From Candidatus Poribacteria bacterium (GTDB lineage: Bacteria > Poribacteria > WGA-4E > PCPOR2b), in contig OZ242326.1 of assembly GCA_965208325.1 (NCBI GenBank), positions 4,480,001 to 4,544,000 of the forward strand: a DNA stretch of 64,000 nucleotides. The letters are read 5' to 3'. The number at the start of each line of letters is the position of its first letter. Position 1 is the stretch's first letter. Under the pieces are notes generated by a model that saw only the letters and a list, made by a program, of their open reading frames with translations, was not told the DNA's origin and did no database searches. This document shows, piece by piece, positions 20,192 through 30,992 of this stretch. A program made the translations under genes and the position numbers.

Positions 20192-22930
20192 ATGCTTTTG
20201 AATTTACTCCGATTGTGTGAATTTCGGCTAAAACCGATCCGAATCTCGATCGTTTTGATTCTTGGAATTATGGCGATTGATGGACTTGGCGGCGTCCTTC
20301 ATGCTACAGAAGAACACGCGTCCCAACACCAACTCAAAAACCCGGACGGAACGTGGAAATGGACGAACGCCTTAGTCCACGAGACTAGCCCCTACCTGCT
20401 CTTGCACGTCCACAACCCGGTGGAATGGTATCCTTGGGGTGCGGAGGCGCTGGAGCGCGCGAAAGCTGAAAATAAGCCGATTTTTCTGTCAGTCGGCTAC
20501 TCAACATGTTATTGGTGCCACGTTATGGAAAGGAAGGTCTTCTCAAATCCGGAAATTGCCGAACTAATGAATCGGTGGTTTATCAACATCAAGGTAGACC
20601 GTGAGGAACGTCCGGATATTGACGAAATCTACATGACGGCAACCCAAGTCATGACGCAGCACGGCGGTTGGCCGAACTCTGTCTTTTTAACGCCGGACCT
20701 GCTGCCATTTTTCGCGGGCACCTATTTCCCACCGGAGGACAGCGTCGGCCGCCCCGGTTTTCCGCGCATCCTACGAGGTGTTCATGACGCGTGGATGAAT
20801 CAACGGGAATTGGTTATTGACCGGGCGAAGCAGATTACCGCGGTTATCAGACAAGCGACAAGTGAGGGCATTGTCGAAAGCGGTGAAACGCCGGTAGATC
20901 GGCAACTGATTGAATCTGGCATAGATTATCTCACTGGAAGGTACAGCGCCGACTACGGCGGATTCGGCGATGCACCGAAATTTCCTAGCCCAACCAATCT
21001 TGAGTTTTTGCTGGGTGAATATCAGCGCCGGACTGTGACGCCGATTCGGATTGATTCGGCATTCGCGAGGGATTTGGATGACGGGCGATTTCCGACGGAT
21101 TTACGACACGCGCTTGAACATGCAGGCGTCTCACTTTCTGAAGACGTCGTCGTTTCGGTCAAAGCGAACGGCGCCGAATGGACAATCACTGATGTTGCGA
21201 ACAAACAGACTTACCGTGTCAATGCGGATAGGGGCGAGCTTACGATTTATCGACCGGCTGAGGCGCTACTCAAGATGATTTCCCATACGCTCGACATGAT
21301 GGCATACGGCGGGATGTACGATCAGATAGGAGGCGGATTCCACCGGTACTCGGTCGATGCGAAATGGCTTGTTCCCCACTTCGAAAAGATGCTCTATGAC
21401 AACGCACAACTGGCAAAAGTTTACTTGCATGCATATCGTCTGACGAAGGAGCCGCTCTACCGGTCAATCGCCGAAGAGATTTTCGAGTTCGTTTTCCGCG
21501 AGATGACGTCACCCGAAGGCGGTTTTTACTCTGCAATTGACGCGGAGGTAGATGCGGAGGAAGGCAAATACTACGTTTGGACAGAGGCGGAGGTTAGGAA
21601 GATTTTAGGGAAGCGGAAGGCGAAGTTGTTCAATAAGGTTTACGGTGTAGACAAAGGGCATAATTTTGAGGGAGAAACGAATATCCTGTATCTACCTGAT
21701 CCGATAGCGAGCGCGGCAAAGGCTGAAGGGAAGTCTGAGGAAGAATTTCTTAGGCAGCTTGAACCACTCAAAAGCAAGCTGCTGGCTGCGCGAGAGAAAC
21801 GGAAGCGTCCATTACTCGACACGAAAGTGATAACAAGCTGGAACGGATTAATGATTGACGCGCTCGCGTACGGTTATGAGGTACTGGCAGATACGCGTTA
21901 CCGCGACGCGGCGCAGAAGGCGGCGGAATTCATCCTGGAGCACTTGACGAGAGCGGACGGACAGTTGATGCGGACTTACAAAGACGACATTGCCAAATAT
22001 GACGGCTACCTCGATGATTACACCTTCGTCGTTCGGGGATTGCTTGGGTTGTACCGCGCAACCGGCGAAGGTCGATGGCTGAAAGAGGCAAAGTCTCTAA
22101 ATGACACCATGATTCGACTGTTCTGGGACAACGAAGGCGGAGGATTTTACTTCACGCTCGCCGACCAGGAATACCTTGTGGTTCGCACCAAGAATCCTTA
22201 TGATTCCGCACTTCCATCGGGAAATGCCGTGGCAATCAACAACTTACTCACTCTCACGGGCCTAACGGGTGAAAAGGATTATCTCGGCAAAGCCGAGAAT
22301 AGCCTTCGCAGCTTCGCTAGCGTGATGGCGCAATCGCCCGGCGGCTTTATGCACATGCTCATGGGCGCCAACAACTATCTCTCGACAGATTGGACAGAGG
22401 CTGCGGGCGCGCAGGAAAAACAACACCCTGAATTAGCGACCAAGTTGAAGGGAGAGGGTGGTATTAAAGCCAATTCTCCGCTGAAGAGCCTAAGCGGAAT
22501 CGGTTTGCCCGCAGGAAACGACGTTGTGAAAGTCTCGGTACCAGAATTGTCGAAAAAGCAGATTTCCCACCAACGCCCGTTTGATATCGAAGTTCAACTA
22601 GAGATTGACGACGGCTGGCACATTAACGCCAATCCAGCGTCTGACGATTTCCTCATTCCCACCACCTTATCGGTTAGTCCAGACGCGGCGGTTGAAGTCA
22701 TCTCGGCGTCATATCCCAAAGGGAAGCCACTGAAATTTAGCTACAACGACGACCCCCTGTCTGTTTATGAAGGCGTGCTCACGATTCAGATGCAACTGCA
22801 AATGAAACCAGGTGTTTCCCGTGAGGAGGCGTTTCCCGTGAACCTGAACCTTGAGTATCAGGCGTGCGATGATCAGCGTTGCCTGCCGCCGTCAACTGAT
22901 TCGATCCAGCTTAAGTTGGACCATCGTTAG
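20192..22930 (+). CDS. YyaL/SSP411-type thioredoxin-domain protein with C-terminal DsbD-N-like domain and a ~70-aa internal insertion
   Basis: [51 protein letters not shown]-terminal GWHINAN...[12 protein letters not shown]. Confidence 0.9.
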   Translation: MLLNLLRLCEFRLKPIRISIVLILGIMAIDGLGGVLHATEEHASQHQLKNPDGTWKWTNALVHETSPYLLLHVHNPVEWYPWGAEALERAKAENKPIFLSVGYSTCYWCHVMERKVFSNPEIAELMNRWFINIKVDREERPDIDEIYMTATQVMTQHGGWPNSVFLTPDLLPFFAGTYFPPEDSVGRPGFPRILRGVHDAWMNQRELVIDRAKQITAVIRQATSEGIVESGETPVDRQLIESGIDYLTGRYSADYGGFGDAPKFPSPTNLEFLLGEYQRRTVTPIRIDSAFARDLDDGRFPTDLRHALEHAGVSLSEDVVVSVKANGAEWTITDVANKQTYRVNADRGELTIYRPAEALLKMISHTLDMMAYGGMYDQIGGGFHRYSVDAKWLVPHFEKMLYDNAQLAKVYLHAYRLTKEPLYRSIAEEIFEFVFREMTSPEGGFYSAIDAEVDAEEGKYYVWTEAEVRKILGKRKAKLFNKVYGVDKGHNFEGETNILYLPDPIASAAKAEGKSEEEFLRQLEPLKSKLLAAREKRKRPLLDTKVITSWNGLMIDALAYGYEVLADTRYRDAAQKAAEFILEHLTRADGQLMRTYKDDIAKYDGYLDDYTFVVRGLLGLYRATGEGRWLKEAKSLNDTMIRLFWDNEGGGFYFTLADQEYLVVRTKNPYDSALPSGNAVAINNLLTLTGLTGEKDYLGKAENSLRSFASVMAQSPGGFMHMLMGANNYLSTDWTEAAGAQEKQHPELATKLKGEGGIKANSPLKSLSGIGLPAGNDVVKVSVPELSKKQISHQRPFDIEVQLEIDDGWHINANPASDDFLIPTTLSVSPDAAVEVISASYPKGKPLKFSYNDDPLSVYEGVLTIQMQLQMKPGVSREEAFPVNLNLEYQACDDQRCLPPSTDSIQLKLDHR

Positions 22931-23106
22931 CAGTTTGACCGGACGCCTAGCTAACCTTTATTCATGGGGCAAAACCTTGTGCTATATGGTGAAGTTTTCC
23001 GTAAAATACCCAAAGACGTACCCGCCAATTTCCGTGTGATAAACCGCTTTAACGATGACATCCAACCTCAAGAAGATGCCAGGAAATGCGATGATAGGTG
23101 TGAACC

Positions 23107-23856
23107 ATGAGCGATCGAAATATCAAACTCACGATAGAATACGACGGTACGCACTTTCACGGCTGGCAGATTCAGCGGAATGCGGCGACGATTCAGGAAG
23201 TCGTCCAGAACGCGCTCACGAAAATCACACAAACCGAGACGCAGATTGTCGGCGCGGGCCGAACAGACACAGGCGTACACGCTTCGGGCCAAGTTGCAAA
23301 TTTTCACACACACGCCCAGATGTCCCCGGCTGCGCTCCAGAAAGCGGTTAACGCGCTGCTTCCGAGTGACATCGTGATCACTGGCGCGGAAGAAGCCTCG
23401 GCGGATTTTCACGCCCGTTTCAGTGCATTGAGCCGAACCTACCGATACACCATCCTCAATCGTGTCTATCCCTCCGCTTTCCTCCACAATCGGGCATATT
23501 TTTTGCCTCGTCCAACGATTAACGTGGACGCGGCGAATGCGGTTTGCCGGGCGTTAATCGGCAACCATGATTGTTCTTCATTCCAGCGGACAGGCGGGGG
23601 CCGCGCAAACCCGGTATGCGACATTTACGATTCCCGCTGCTGGAAGGAAGAAGACCTGGTCCACTTCGAGATTGAGGCAGATGCTTTTTTGCGCGGCATG
23701 GTTCGCGCGATTGCCGGTACGATTCTGAAGCTTCATGACAGCGCGTCGCCGGTCGATGAGTTTCGCAAGATTCTCGAGGCGCGCGACAGATCGGCGGCGG
23801 GAGCTTCAGCACCCGCACACGGCTTGTGTTTGACTCGAGTGAAATATGACCCGTGA
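23107..23856 (+). CDS. truA: tRNA pseudouridine(38-40) synthase
   Basis: YDGTHFHGWQ, GAGRTDTGVHA, FLRGMVR, APAHGL. Confidence 0.97.
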   Translation: MSDRNIKLTIEYDGTHFHGWQIQRNAATIQEVVQNALTKITQTETQIVGAGRTDTGVHASGQVANFHTHAQMSPAALQKAVNALLPSDIVITGAEEASADFHARFSALSRTYRYTILNRVYPSAFLHNRAYFLPRPTINVDAANAVCRALIGNHDCSSFQRTGGGRANPVCDIYDSRCWKEEDLVHFEIEADAFLRGMVRAIAGTILKLHDSASPVDEFRKILEARDRSAAGASAPAHGLCLTRVKYDP

Positions 23857-24227
23857 AAGAGATTCAAAGGACTTGAAAACATAGCCGCCGGAACGAAAGT
23901 CAAAATATCACCTTCCTCCGCATACGCACAGACCACGCCGTATTTGACTACCGACCCGCCTTACGCCCAATCGACGCCGGACAGCAGTTGAGTTTTACCT
24001 GAACGCAACCTCCACCGTACGAAACTGCACGAAATCGTTCACGAGAAATGCAATCTTGCACTATTTGGGGCAGTTACAGCGGGAGTTAACGAAGCGTCGA
24101 ATTGGCTGAAAGACGCTACCCGCTTGAATTTTCGAATTGTAGCGCTCTGGCATACAAATTGCGTGTTTCCTGCCTGAAATTCACACAGTCGGATGGAGAT
24201 TTTCGGAAAGGAAGGCGAGCGCCCGCA

Positions 24228-25040
24228 ATGAAGTTGCCCACGATTTCGATTGGACCGCACCGTGTCAGCAAGTTGATTATTGGCGGCAATCCGTACAGCG
24301 GGATTTCACACCATTCCCCTGCGAAATCGAAAGAGATGGAGAATTATTACACTTCCGCGCAGATCATGCGGGATTTACGGGAGGCGGAGCGGTGCGGAAT
24401 TAACACCGTGCTTGCCCGTGCGGACCGGCATATCATGCGGGTATTAAATGAATACCGCGGTGCAGGCGGAAAGATTCAGTGGATTGCGCAGACGGCGAAG
24501 CGAAACGAATACGCGGATCTCATGGATCATATTCGTCTAATTGCGCGTTATCAACCGATAGCTATCTATCAGCACGGCGGAACGACCGATCAGTTCTACG
24601 ACGAAGGAAAGCTCGAATCTCTGCGCGACGCTTTGGCGCTAATTCGAGAACTGGGCTTTGCGGCAGGTATCGGAACTCATGACCCGCGCATACTGAAGCA
24701 TTGTTACCACGAAGGATTCGATGTCGATTTCTACGTCTGCGCACTTTACAATCACACGCGCCGTCCAGAAATGTACCTGCCAGCTGATCGAGATGCTGCA
24801 ATTGCGGCGATTCAGGCGGTGCATCTGCCGGTGATTGCCATCAAAGTGCTCGCCGCCGGGCGCACCGAACCGGTTCCTGCGTTCCGATTTACGCTCGACC
24901 GCATCAAGCCGATTGATGCCATTGCGGTTGGCATGGATACGAATGGGCGACCGGAGCTCATCAACGATAACGTGACATTGGCCGGTAAAATGATTAATCC
25001 TATCGACTCACCAAGGACAGATGAAAGGAGTACATCGTGA
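24228..25040 (+). CDS. Conserved hypothetical protein, aldo/keto-reductase-like
   Basis: VSKLIIGGNPYSGISH, AGIGTH, IAIKVLAAGR; start likely MKLPT. Confidence 0.7.
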   Translation: MKLPTISIGPHRVSKLIIGGNPYSGISHHSPAKSKEMENYYTSAQIMRDLREAERCGINTVLARADRHIMRVLNEYRGAGGKIQWIAQTAKRNEYADLMDHIRLIARYQPIAIYQHGGTTDQFYDEGKLESLRDALALIRELGFAAGIGTHDPRILKHCYHEGFDVDFYVCALYNHTRRPEMYLPADRDAAIAAIQAVHLPVIAIKVLAAGRTEPVPAFRFTLDRIKPIDAIAVGMDTNGRPELINDNVTLAGKMINPIDSPRTDERSTS

Positions 25041-25657
25041 TACAGTATTTGCCGCGCTTTTTTTGCATGTTGATGTGTGTGTTATTGAGCGGCTGCGGCA
25101 TAATTTTGCCGCAATCTGACTACATCTGGAGTGAGAACTACGCGCTGGACAAAAATGGCGGACGCAGTTCTATCCCAGAAGTAAACGACGGGAATTTGGA
25201 AACGTTTGGGCGGCTCGGAGTAAAAGCTGTAGGAACACTCAATAGGGCAAGGAGCAGAGACACGGCAACTCAGTCACCCCTGGAGTTAAGAACGTTCGGC
25301 AGAAGCTACTCATTTGCGGAAGCCGAGGTTTTCCCGCAGGTCAACATTCAATTCCGAGAAAAGTTGCCGATTGACAAAATTATCATCCACGGGACGAATG
25401 TCTACACTTTGGATGTCTATTGGCGAGATGATGAATCCAAATGGCAGCAATTGGCGGGCCTTCGTCAAAACCCCAAAAATCCCATCGTCATCCGTGAACA
25501 CGCCGTAACCGATGCCATACTTATTGATGTGAGACCTCGAAAGCCGGTTCCGTCAAGGCAGTCGATGTACCGATCACTCGAATTTGCACTTGAAGCTGAA
25601 GCGCACATAGCAGAGATTGAAATTTACGGGAAGATGCCCAAGAAGGCGAGTTTATAA
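25037..25657 (+). CDS. Hypothetical lipoprotein, possibly discoidin-like
   Basis: Lipobox LLSGC; NDGNLET and IAEIEIYG motifs; AAGGAG RBS. Confidence 0.75.
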   Translation: MIQYLPRFFCMLMCVLLSGCGIILPQSDYIWSENYALDKNGGRSSIPEVNDGNLETFGRLGVKAVGTLNRARSRDTATQSPLELRTFGRSYSFAEAEVFPQVNIQFREKLPIDKIIIHGTNVYTLDVYWRDDESKWQQLAGLRQNPKNPIVIREHAVTDAILIDVRPRKPVPSRQSMYRSLEFALEAEAHIAEIEIYGKMPKKASL

Positions 25658-25782
25658 GGGGACGTGGTTTCTGTGAAGCTGCTTCTAGCTTGTAGAACCT
25701 CTCGCTTCAGCATAAGGAGCATGAAACCCATTAAAAACTCGGTTTCAAGGGCAATTTGAAGCATCCGATGTATTAAAGACGT

Positions 25783-26712
25783 TTAAGGTTTTACCGGTAG
25801 ATTTTTGAACACTTTGAAATTATCGAATTTTGTGCCTTTGTACGATGTACCTCCCTTTATTGTCCAGACGCCCGCTTTCCCACTTTCATAGCGTTCAGGG
25901 GTGTGGTCGGATGCTTCCAACAACCATGTGCCCGGTTCGGATTCGCCTTTCGGCCAGACTTTGGCCTTCAAATAGGTGTAGGCATCGTGGGTCGTAACCT
26001 CAAACTGAAAAATGTACCAACGGTTATCTTTGAGGTGTAGGTCTATTTCGTTCAGATAAATATTTCCGTACCTGCCCTGCTCAATGGGAACGCGTTTGGC
26101 AATTTGGAGTTTTTTGTGAACATCGGACGTTCGAAGCCTGTAATTCTCGAGGGAGGAGTTCCAGTAGGCGAACACACCGGCATCGCCGGAGTGATCAATG
26201 CGGAGTTCCGCCTGAACGACGTAACTGGCCCAATCCTTTTCCCCAACAAGCGCGGCGCTATTTGGCGCGTTTCTGTTCGACTGTTCCAATACACGGCTGC
26301 CCGAGGTAGAAATGCCCCATCTTCCGCCGGAAGGGAAATTCCATTCCTTCTGATCCTCTACACTTGTCTTGCTTTCGAAGTTGTCCTCAAACAGTGTTTC
26401 GCGGCGAATCCCGCGTAGTTGAGACAGTTTCTTTTCGAGCGTATTGACCCTCGCTTCAAGTTTTTCCTTTTGCTGAACTTTTATCAGTAACTGCGTTTTC
26501 TCGGGGATGACTATCTTTTGTTCCGCCTTAATTACGTCAGGATTAGAGATGCTGTTATACTTGGCGAGTTGCGGCCATAACGAGACATCCTGTAGATTTT
26601 CTTTAGCTATTTTCTCAAGCGTATCGCCCTTTTGGACGGTGTAGAGATTTTCCTCTGCTATCACAATATTACAGCACAGTGTAACCATTAAAACCACGCC
26701 AAGAAACTTCAT
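25783..26712 (-). CDS. Exported LysM-domain protein with coiled coil and lectin/DUF1080-like C-terminal domain
   Basis: Signal peptide; YTVQKGDTLEKIA...LAKYNSISNPDVI (LysM); C-terminal GKAGVW...KFDNFKV. Confidence 0.82.
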   Translation of the reverse strand: MKFLGVVLMVTLCCNIVIAEENLYTVQKGDTLEKIAKENLQDVSLWPQLAKYNSISNPDVIKAEQKIVIPEKTQLLIKVQQKEKLEARVNTLEKKLSQLRGIRRETLFEDNFESKTSVEDQKEWNFPSGGRWGISTSGSRVLEQSNRNAPNSAALVGEKDWASYVVQAELRIDHSGDAGVFAYWNSSLENYRLRTSDVHKKLQIAKRVPIEQGRYGNIYLNEIDLHLKDNRWYIFQFEVTTHDAYTYLKAKVWPKGESEPGTWLLEASDHTPERYESGKAGVWTIKGGTSYKGTKFDNFKVFKNLPVKP

Positions 26713-26911
26713 GATTTAGTCTCCTATTGAGTTCATGAGTTGTTCGTGCGGACGAGAGAAATCGAGATTTCGAGACAAAACCCGGGTACGCCGCTAAAGG
26801 AACGTTGAAATTGTACCCGATTGAGCGGGGAAAGGGCAAACCAGAAATGAAACAATCGACATGAATCGAAACCGCGATTTGAAAAAGTTCGTTTTGGCAG
26901 AGGCGGACGCT

Positions 26912-27282
26912 TTTATGCGGGGCAAGGAAAATCTCTATCGCACTCCCTATTCAGTTGATTAATCCCCGCCTACGGAGAGAGCGAAAGGGGGGGAAGATTC
27001 GGTGCCTACGGATGAAGGGTATGGAACAACTTTATTTTCCCCCAATGTTTAGACAGTGATGTGTGTCTATAAACGGGTGATTTTGTGCGGGGGTAGTAAG
27101 TTTTCAGACAGTGGTTTCGGCACACGGAGTGTGCCTACTACTTTATGCGGGGCAAGGAAGAACTCTATCGCACTCCCTATTCAGTTGCTTGATCCCCGCC
27201 TACGGAGAGAGCGAAAGGGGGGGAAGATTCGGTGCCTACGGAAGAAGGGAATGGAACAACTTTACTTACCCCCAATGTTTAG
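26912..27282. repeat. Two ~140-bp direct repeats (26912-27052 and 27142-27282) built from a REP, the ~32-37 bp unit and flank
   Basis: TTTATGCGGGGCAAGG...CCCCGCCTACGGAGAGAGCGAAAGGGGGGAAGATTCGGTGCCTACGGA...CCCCCAATGTTTAGA occurs twice. Confidence 0.9.
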
Positions 27283-27445
27283 AGAGTTATGCCAGTTTAT
27301 TAAGGGGTAATTTTGGGCGGGGGATAGTACGTTTTCACGCAAAATGGAATATGAACAAGATTGGAACTCGGCAAAAAGAGTCTCATTTAACCATTTCGAC
27401 AACAGGAAAGGGAGTTATATACATTAGTGCCCATTCCTGAAACGC

Positions 27446-27610
27446 TCAGGAATTTTCTTCTTCTTTCTCTTTCCGTTTGATTCCGAACAGTGCCCTTGCG
27501 ATGTTTTCGGGCGTGTCCAAAATAGGTTTCACACCCTTCGCAAATGCTGTGCTTGTATTACGTTTTTTTGTACGCCGTTTCGACACATTTCCCTTCCTTT
27601 TTCTTGCCAT
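27446..27610 (-). CDS. Small basic passenger protein (54 aa; not in ORF track)
   Basis: MARKRKGNVSKRRTKKRNTSTAFAKGVKPILDTPENIARALFGIKRKEKEEENS; AAGGGA RBS-like sequence upstream. Confidence 0.55.
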   Translation of the reverse strand: MARKRKGNVSKRRTKKRNTSTAFAKGVKPILDTPENIARALFGIKRKEKEEENS

Positions 27611-27694
27611 TTTATACTGTCCCTTTCGTTTGGGTCATCTCTCTTGTTATTAGATGTGACTTGTGATATACTTTCCGTGAAAGGAGATTATATC

Positions 27695-27886
27695 GTGGAA
27701 ACAACACTCACAACCTTACTATCATTGACTTTGTTGCCACCAGCAGTTATCATTGGTGTAATCTTTTGGACAACCAATGCACTGCGCAATCAAATGCAAC
27801 GAGAACATGACAAGCTCTGGCACAAAGTTGATTCGCTTGAAAAATTGCTCATTGAGCACATAAAAGACCGAAACCTTCATAATTAA
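27695..27886 (+). CDS. Small membrane-anchored coiled-coil passenger protein (63 aa)
   Basis: AAGGAG RBS before GTG 27695; one TM helix then heptad-like segment; hairpin plus T run downstream at about 27909-27934. Confidence 0.65.
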   Translation: METTLTTLLSLTLLPPAVIIGVIFWTTNALRNQMQREHDKLWHKVDSLEKLLIEHIKDRNLHN

Positions 27887-28066
27887 ATCGCCCGTCCCAA
27901 ATCCCACCGCCCCAGTTTTTGCAGGGGCTTTTTTGTTGTCCTTTCTGGATTTTACCCCTTGACATTTATTAGCGTATAGGCGATCATTTAGGGGCACTGC
28001 TGGGGACATTGGGTCGCCAACAGTGTAACCTGAAAACCTATGCCACGACTGGATTCGTGGCGTTTT

Positions 28067-28934
28067 TTATGTTAAGGAGACGATACATGTTTCGAGTAGT
28101 TTGCAGTACCCTTTGTTTGCGGCACATCGAACCCAATCTGCCATTTGGCTATGGGTATCAAGCCGTCGCCGATTGTGGCGACCGAGAAACTCGCTGATGT
28201 ACCGGTTTAAGTGTTTAACACTCATTTTGTGATAAACACCCTTGTAGCCGCGCTTGAGCGATGCCCAGAACGATTCGATGCCGTTTGTGTGGACTTTGTC
28301 TCGCACATATTCGCCAATCGAATGCGCAACAAACGCATGTTTGCGCGGCAATCCCCTATAGGCACTTGCTTGGTCAGTGTAGACCGTCGTATCCGGTGTT
28401 GTGTGTTTAAGCACAAAACTCTGAAGCGATCGACGGTCTGCTCTGTCCACGACTCGTGCCGTCACTTGATTTGTTCCCTTCGCGGCCGCCGATAAGCGTC
28501 TCATCAACTTCCACCTCCCGCGCAAAGACATCATTGGTAGAGTCATACGCTTGGCGAATGCGATGAAGCATGTGCCATGCGGACTTCTGGGTAATTCCCA
28601 AGTCTCGGTGCAACATCAAACTGGAGACGCCTTTCAGGCTAGTGTTGATGAGATAGATTGCAATCACCCACTTCTGGTATCCGAGGTTGGAAGCATGCAT
28701 AACTGAATTGGTCTTTGCGGAGAACCGCTTACCACAGCTACGACACCGATAAGGCATTGTAGCGTGCTTTGCGTGAGTGTTCACGTTGTCACTATCACAA
28801 TAAGCGCATCGAATCCCATTGGGCCACCGACACTTGACAAACCATTGTTCTGCTGTTGAGTCATCAGGGAATAGTTGAAACAGTTCGACGAGTGTGATAC
28901 CATTTCTGTAGTGTTTTCCAGGGGCATTTTTCAC
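28067..28934 (-). pseudogene. IS1595-family transposase, split by internal deletion/frameshift near 28490
   Basis: Zn ribbon (CAYC...CRSC) and EVEVDET.IGG in one frame; VYTD, HTNGIESFW, GVYHKMS.KHL.RY in another. Confidence 0.88.
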
Positions 28935-29018
28935 AATCAATTTCCTTTGCTAAAATCAAATCAATCCTTCATTTTAACATAATTCGACACTAATGTATAT
29001 AAATCCCCAGGAAAGGGA

Positions 29019-30272
29019 CAGGGCAAACGCATCTAAATTTTGTGCTTGACATGAGAGGAATTTGGGATATGCTTGTGTAAAATCTTCCAGAGGCGCATTC
29101 CCCATGTCTAATCCCCCTATTTCCTCTATTGAAGCGCATTTTGAGTCATTGCCAGATCCTAGACGAGTTGATTGTCAGCACACCCCATAAATTGCTTGAT
29201 ATTGTCGTAATTACTATCTGCGGGGTTATTTGCGGCGCCGATAATTGGGTGGCAATTGAAGCATTCGGAAACGCCAAGCATGAATGGCTAGCCAAGTTTT
29301 TGGAATTACCGAAAGGCGTCCCGTCGCACGATACATTCAGGCGTGTGTTTAGTGCGATGAACGCTGCCAAATTCGAGGCATGTTTTATCAACTGGATGCG
29401 GAGTGCCATTGAAATGACACAAGGTCAAGTGATTGCCGTTGACGGAAAACAGCTTCGTCGTTCCGATGATACTCATAACAACAAATCAGCCATTCACTTG
29501 GTTAGCGCTTGGGCCTGCCATCAAGGGGTAGCGCTAGGACAACTTAAAGTTGCCGACAAGTCGAACGAGATTCCAGCCATACCCCAATTACTTGAAGTAT
29601 TGGACGTGTCAGGGTGCATTGTTACTATTGATGCGATGGGTTGTCAAACCGACATCGCTCAAACCATTGCGGATTCAGAAGCCGACTACGTTTTCGCGCT
29701 TAAAGCCAATCAAGGACAGTTGTATGAAGATGTTCAACTTCTGTTTGATGGCGTCTCAACCGGCGGCATAAGAGATATAAAGGTCAACTCGACGCAAACA
29801 ATTGACGGCAATCATGGACGTATTGAAACCCGTTCTGCTTATGCGATTGCAGACCCCGGTGTAATTTCCACGCTTAGAGCAAGTGAAAACTTTGTCAATC
29901 TCAACTCAATCGTCAAAGTTATTGCCGAGCGCGAAGTCAACCAAAAGATAACCACGGAGTCACGTTACTACATTTCTTCACTTCCCGGTGATGCACAACA
30001 GTTGCTTGAAGCCACCAGACATCACTGGCGGATTGAAAACTCATGTCATTGGGTGTTGGATGTTGCTTTCCGTGAGGACGCCTCTCGGATTCGTAAAGAT
30101 AACAGCGGAGAGAACTTCGCCATTATCCGACGCATCGCGCTCAATTTACTCAAGGCTGAAAAGTCAACCAAACTTGGCGTCGCAAACAAACGGCTCAAAG
30201 CCGCATGGGACAACAATTACTTGACTACTATTTTAGAAACTCTATTCTGAATAATCAGGTGCGTTTGCCCTG
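29019..30272 (+). mobile_element. ISAs1-family insertion sequence
   Basis: TIRs CAGGGCAAACGCA / TGCGTTTGCCCTG; 10-bp target duplication AGGAAAGGGA at 29009-29018 and 30273-30282. Confidence 0.95.
29104..30250 (+). pseudogene. ISAs1 transposase with +1 frameshift near 29165-29185
   Basis: ATG 29104 gives MSNPPISSIEAHFESLPDPRRV then TAA at 29188; the rest (HKLLDIVVITIC..GADNW, PSHDTF, IAVDGK, KSNEIPA, TIDAMGCQ, HWRIEN..HW.LD..F.ED) is in the next frame. Confidence 0.85.
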
Positions 30273-30319
30273 AGGAAAGGGAGTTTTGCTGAACGAGAAG
30301 TTCAGCAGAACATGAGGAT

Positions 30320-30982
30320 ATGAAGCGCATATTAGAACCGGAGGTAATGGACACACGCGAAGAAGCCGAGGCGTATGATGCGATGGATCACGGTGAAGTC
30401 AACGACTCATTTGTAGGGCGCATCATTGAACTTGGCGCATGCGAAGGGAAATTTTTGGACCTTGGGACAGGAACGGCGGACATTCCCATTCTATTAGCCC
30501 AACGCCTGCCGAAGATTCAGATTGTTGGGATTGACCTCTCCCTGAACATGCTGAAATTGGGGGAGGCTCACGTTGCCGATGCGGGGTTAGCCGATCGAAT
30601 TGTGTTGGAATGTGTTGATGCAAAATCCCTGCCGTATCCAGACCAATCGTTCGACGGCGTCATCTCCAATAGCATTATCCACCACATTCCTGATCCGATG
30701 CCGGTGTTAGAGGAAATTAGCCGAACTGTCCGCCAAGGCGGGTTAATTATGATTCGAGATTTGATTCGTCCAGAGACCCCCGAAGCGGCTCAAACATTAG
30801 TAAACCAATATGCAGCAGATGATACACCTTACCAGAAAAACCTGCTTTATAACTCCTTCCGCGCCGCGTTCACCATCGCCGAGGTTGAAGCAATGCACGC
30901 CCAAGTAAATTTGCCCGATGCGGCCGTGGTTCAAAGTTCGGATCGCCACTGGTCGATTGAACGGCCTTTTGACCGGAGTTGA
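30320..30982 (+). CDS. Class I SAM-dependent methyltransferase
   Basis: MKRILEPEVMD, LDLGTGTA, SNSIIHH. Confidence 0.9.
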   Translation: MKRILEPEVMDTREEAEAYDAMDHGEVNDSFVGRIIELGACEGKFLDLGTGTADIPILLAQRLPKIQIVGIDLSLNMLKLGEAHVADAGLADRIVLECVDAKSLPYPDQSFDGVISNSIIHHIPDPMPVLEEISRTVRQGGLIMIRDLIRPETPEAAQTLVNQYAADDTPYQKNLLYNSFRAAFTIAEVEAMHAQVNLPDAAVVQSSDRHWSIERPFDRS

Positions 30983-30992
30983 ACGTTGGCAA

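Larger units (their letters stand above)
27410..29007 (-). mobile_element. IS1595-family element with passenger ORFs and degraded transposase
   Basis: TIRs GGGAGTTATATACATTAGTG (27410) and CACTAATGTATATAAATCCC (ending 29007), 19/20; flanking direct repeat CAGGAAA(G). Confidence 0.9.

Noticed and set aside
21044..21250. Intein in the YyaL-type protein
   Set aside because: Too short and lacks the N-terminal Cys/Ser and C-terminal His-Asn intein motifs
23020..23070. Fluoride riboswitch upstream of truA
   Set aside because: TAAACCGC...GATGAC resembles the 3' part, but the 5' GGNGATGGNGT pairing segment is absent
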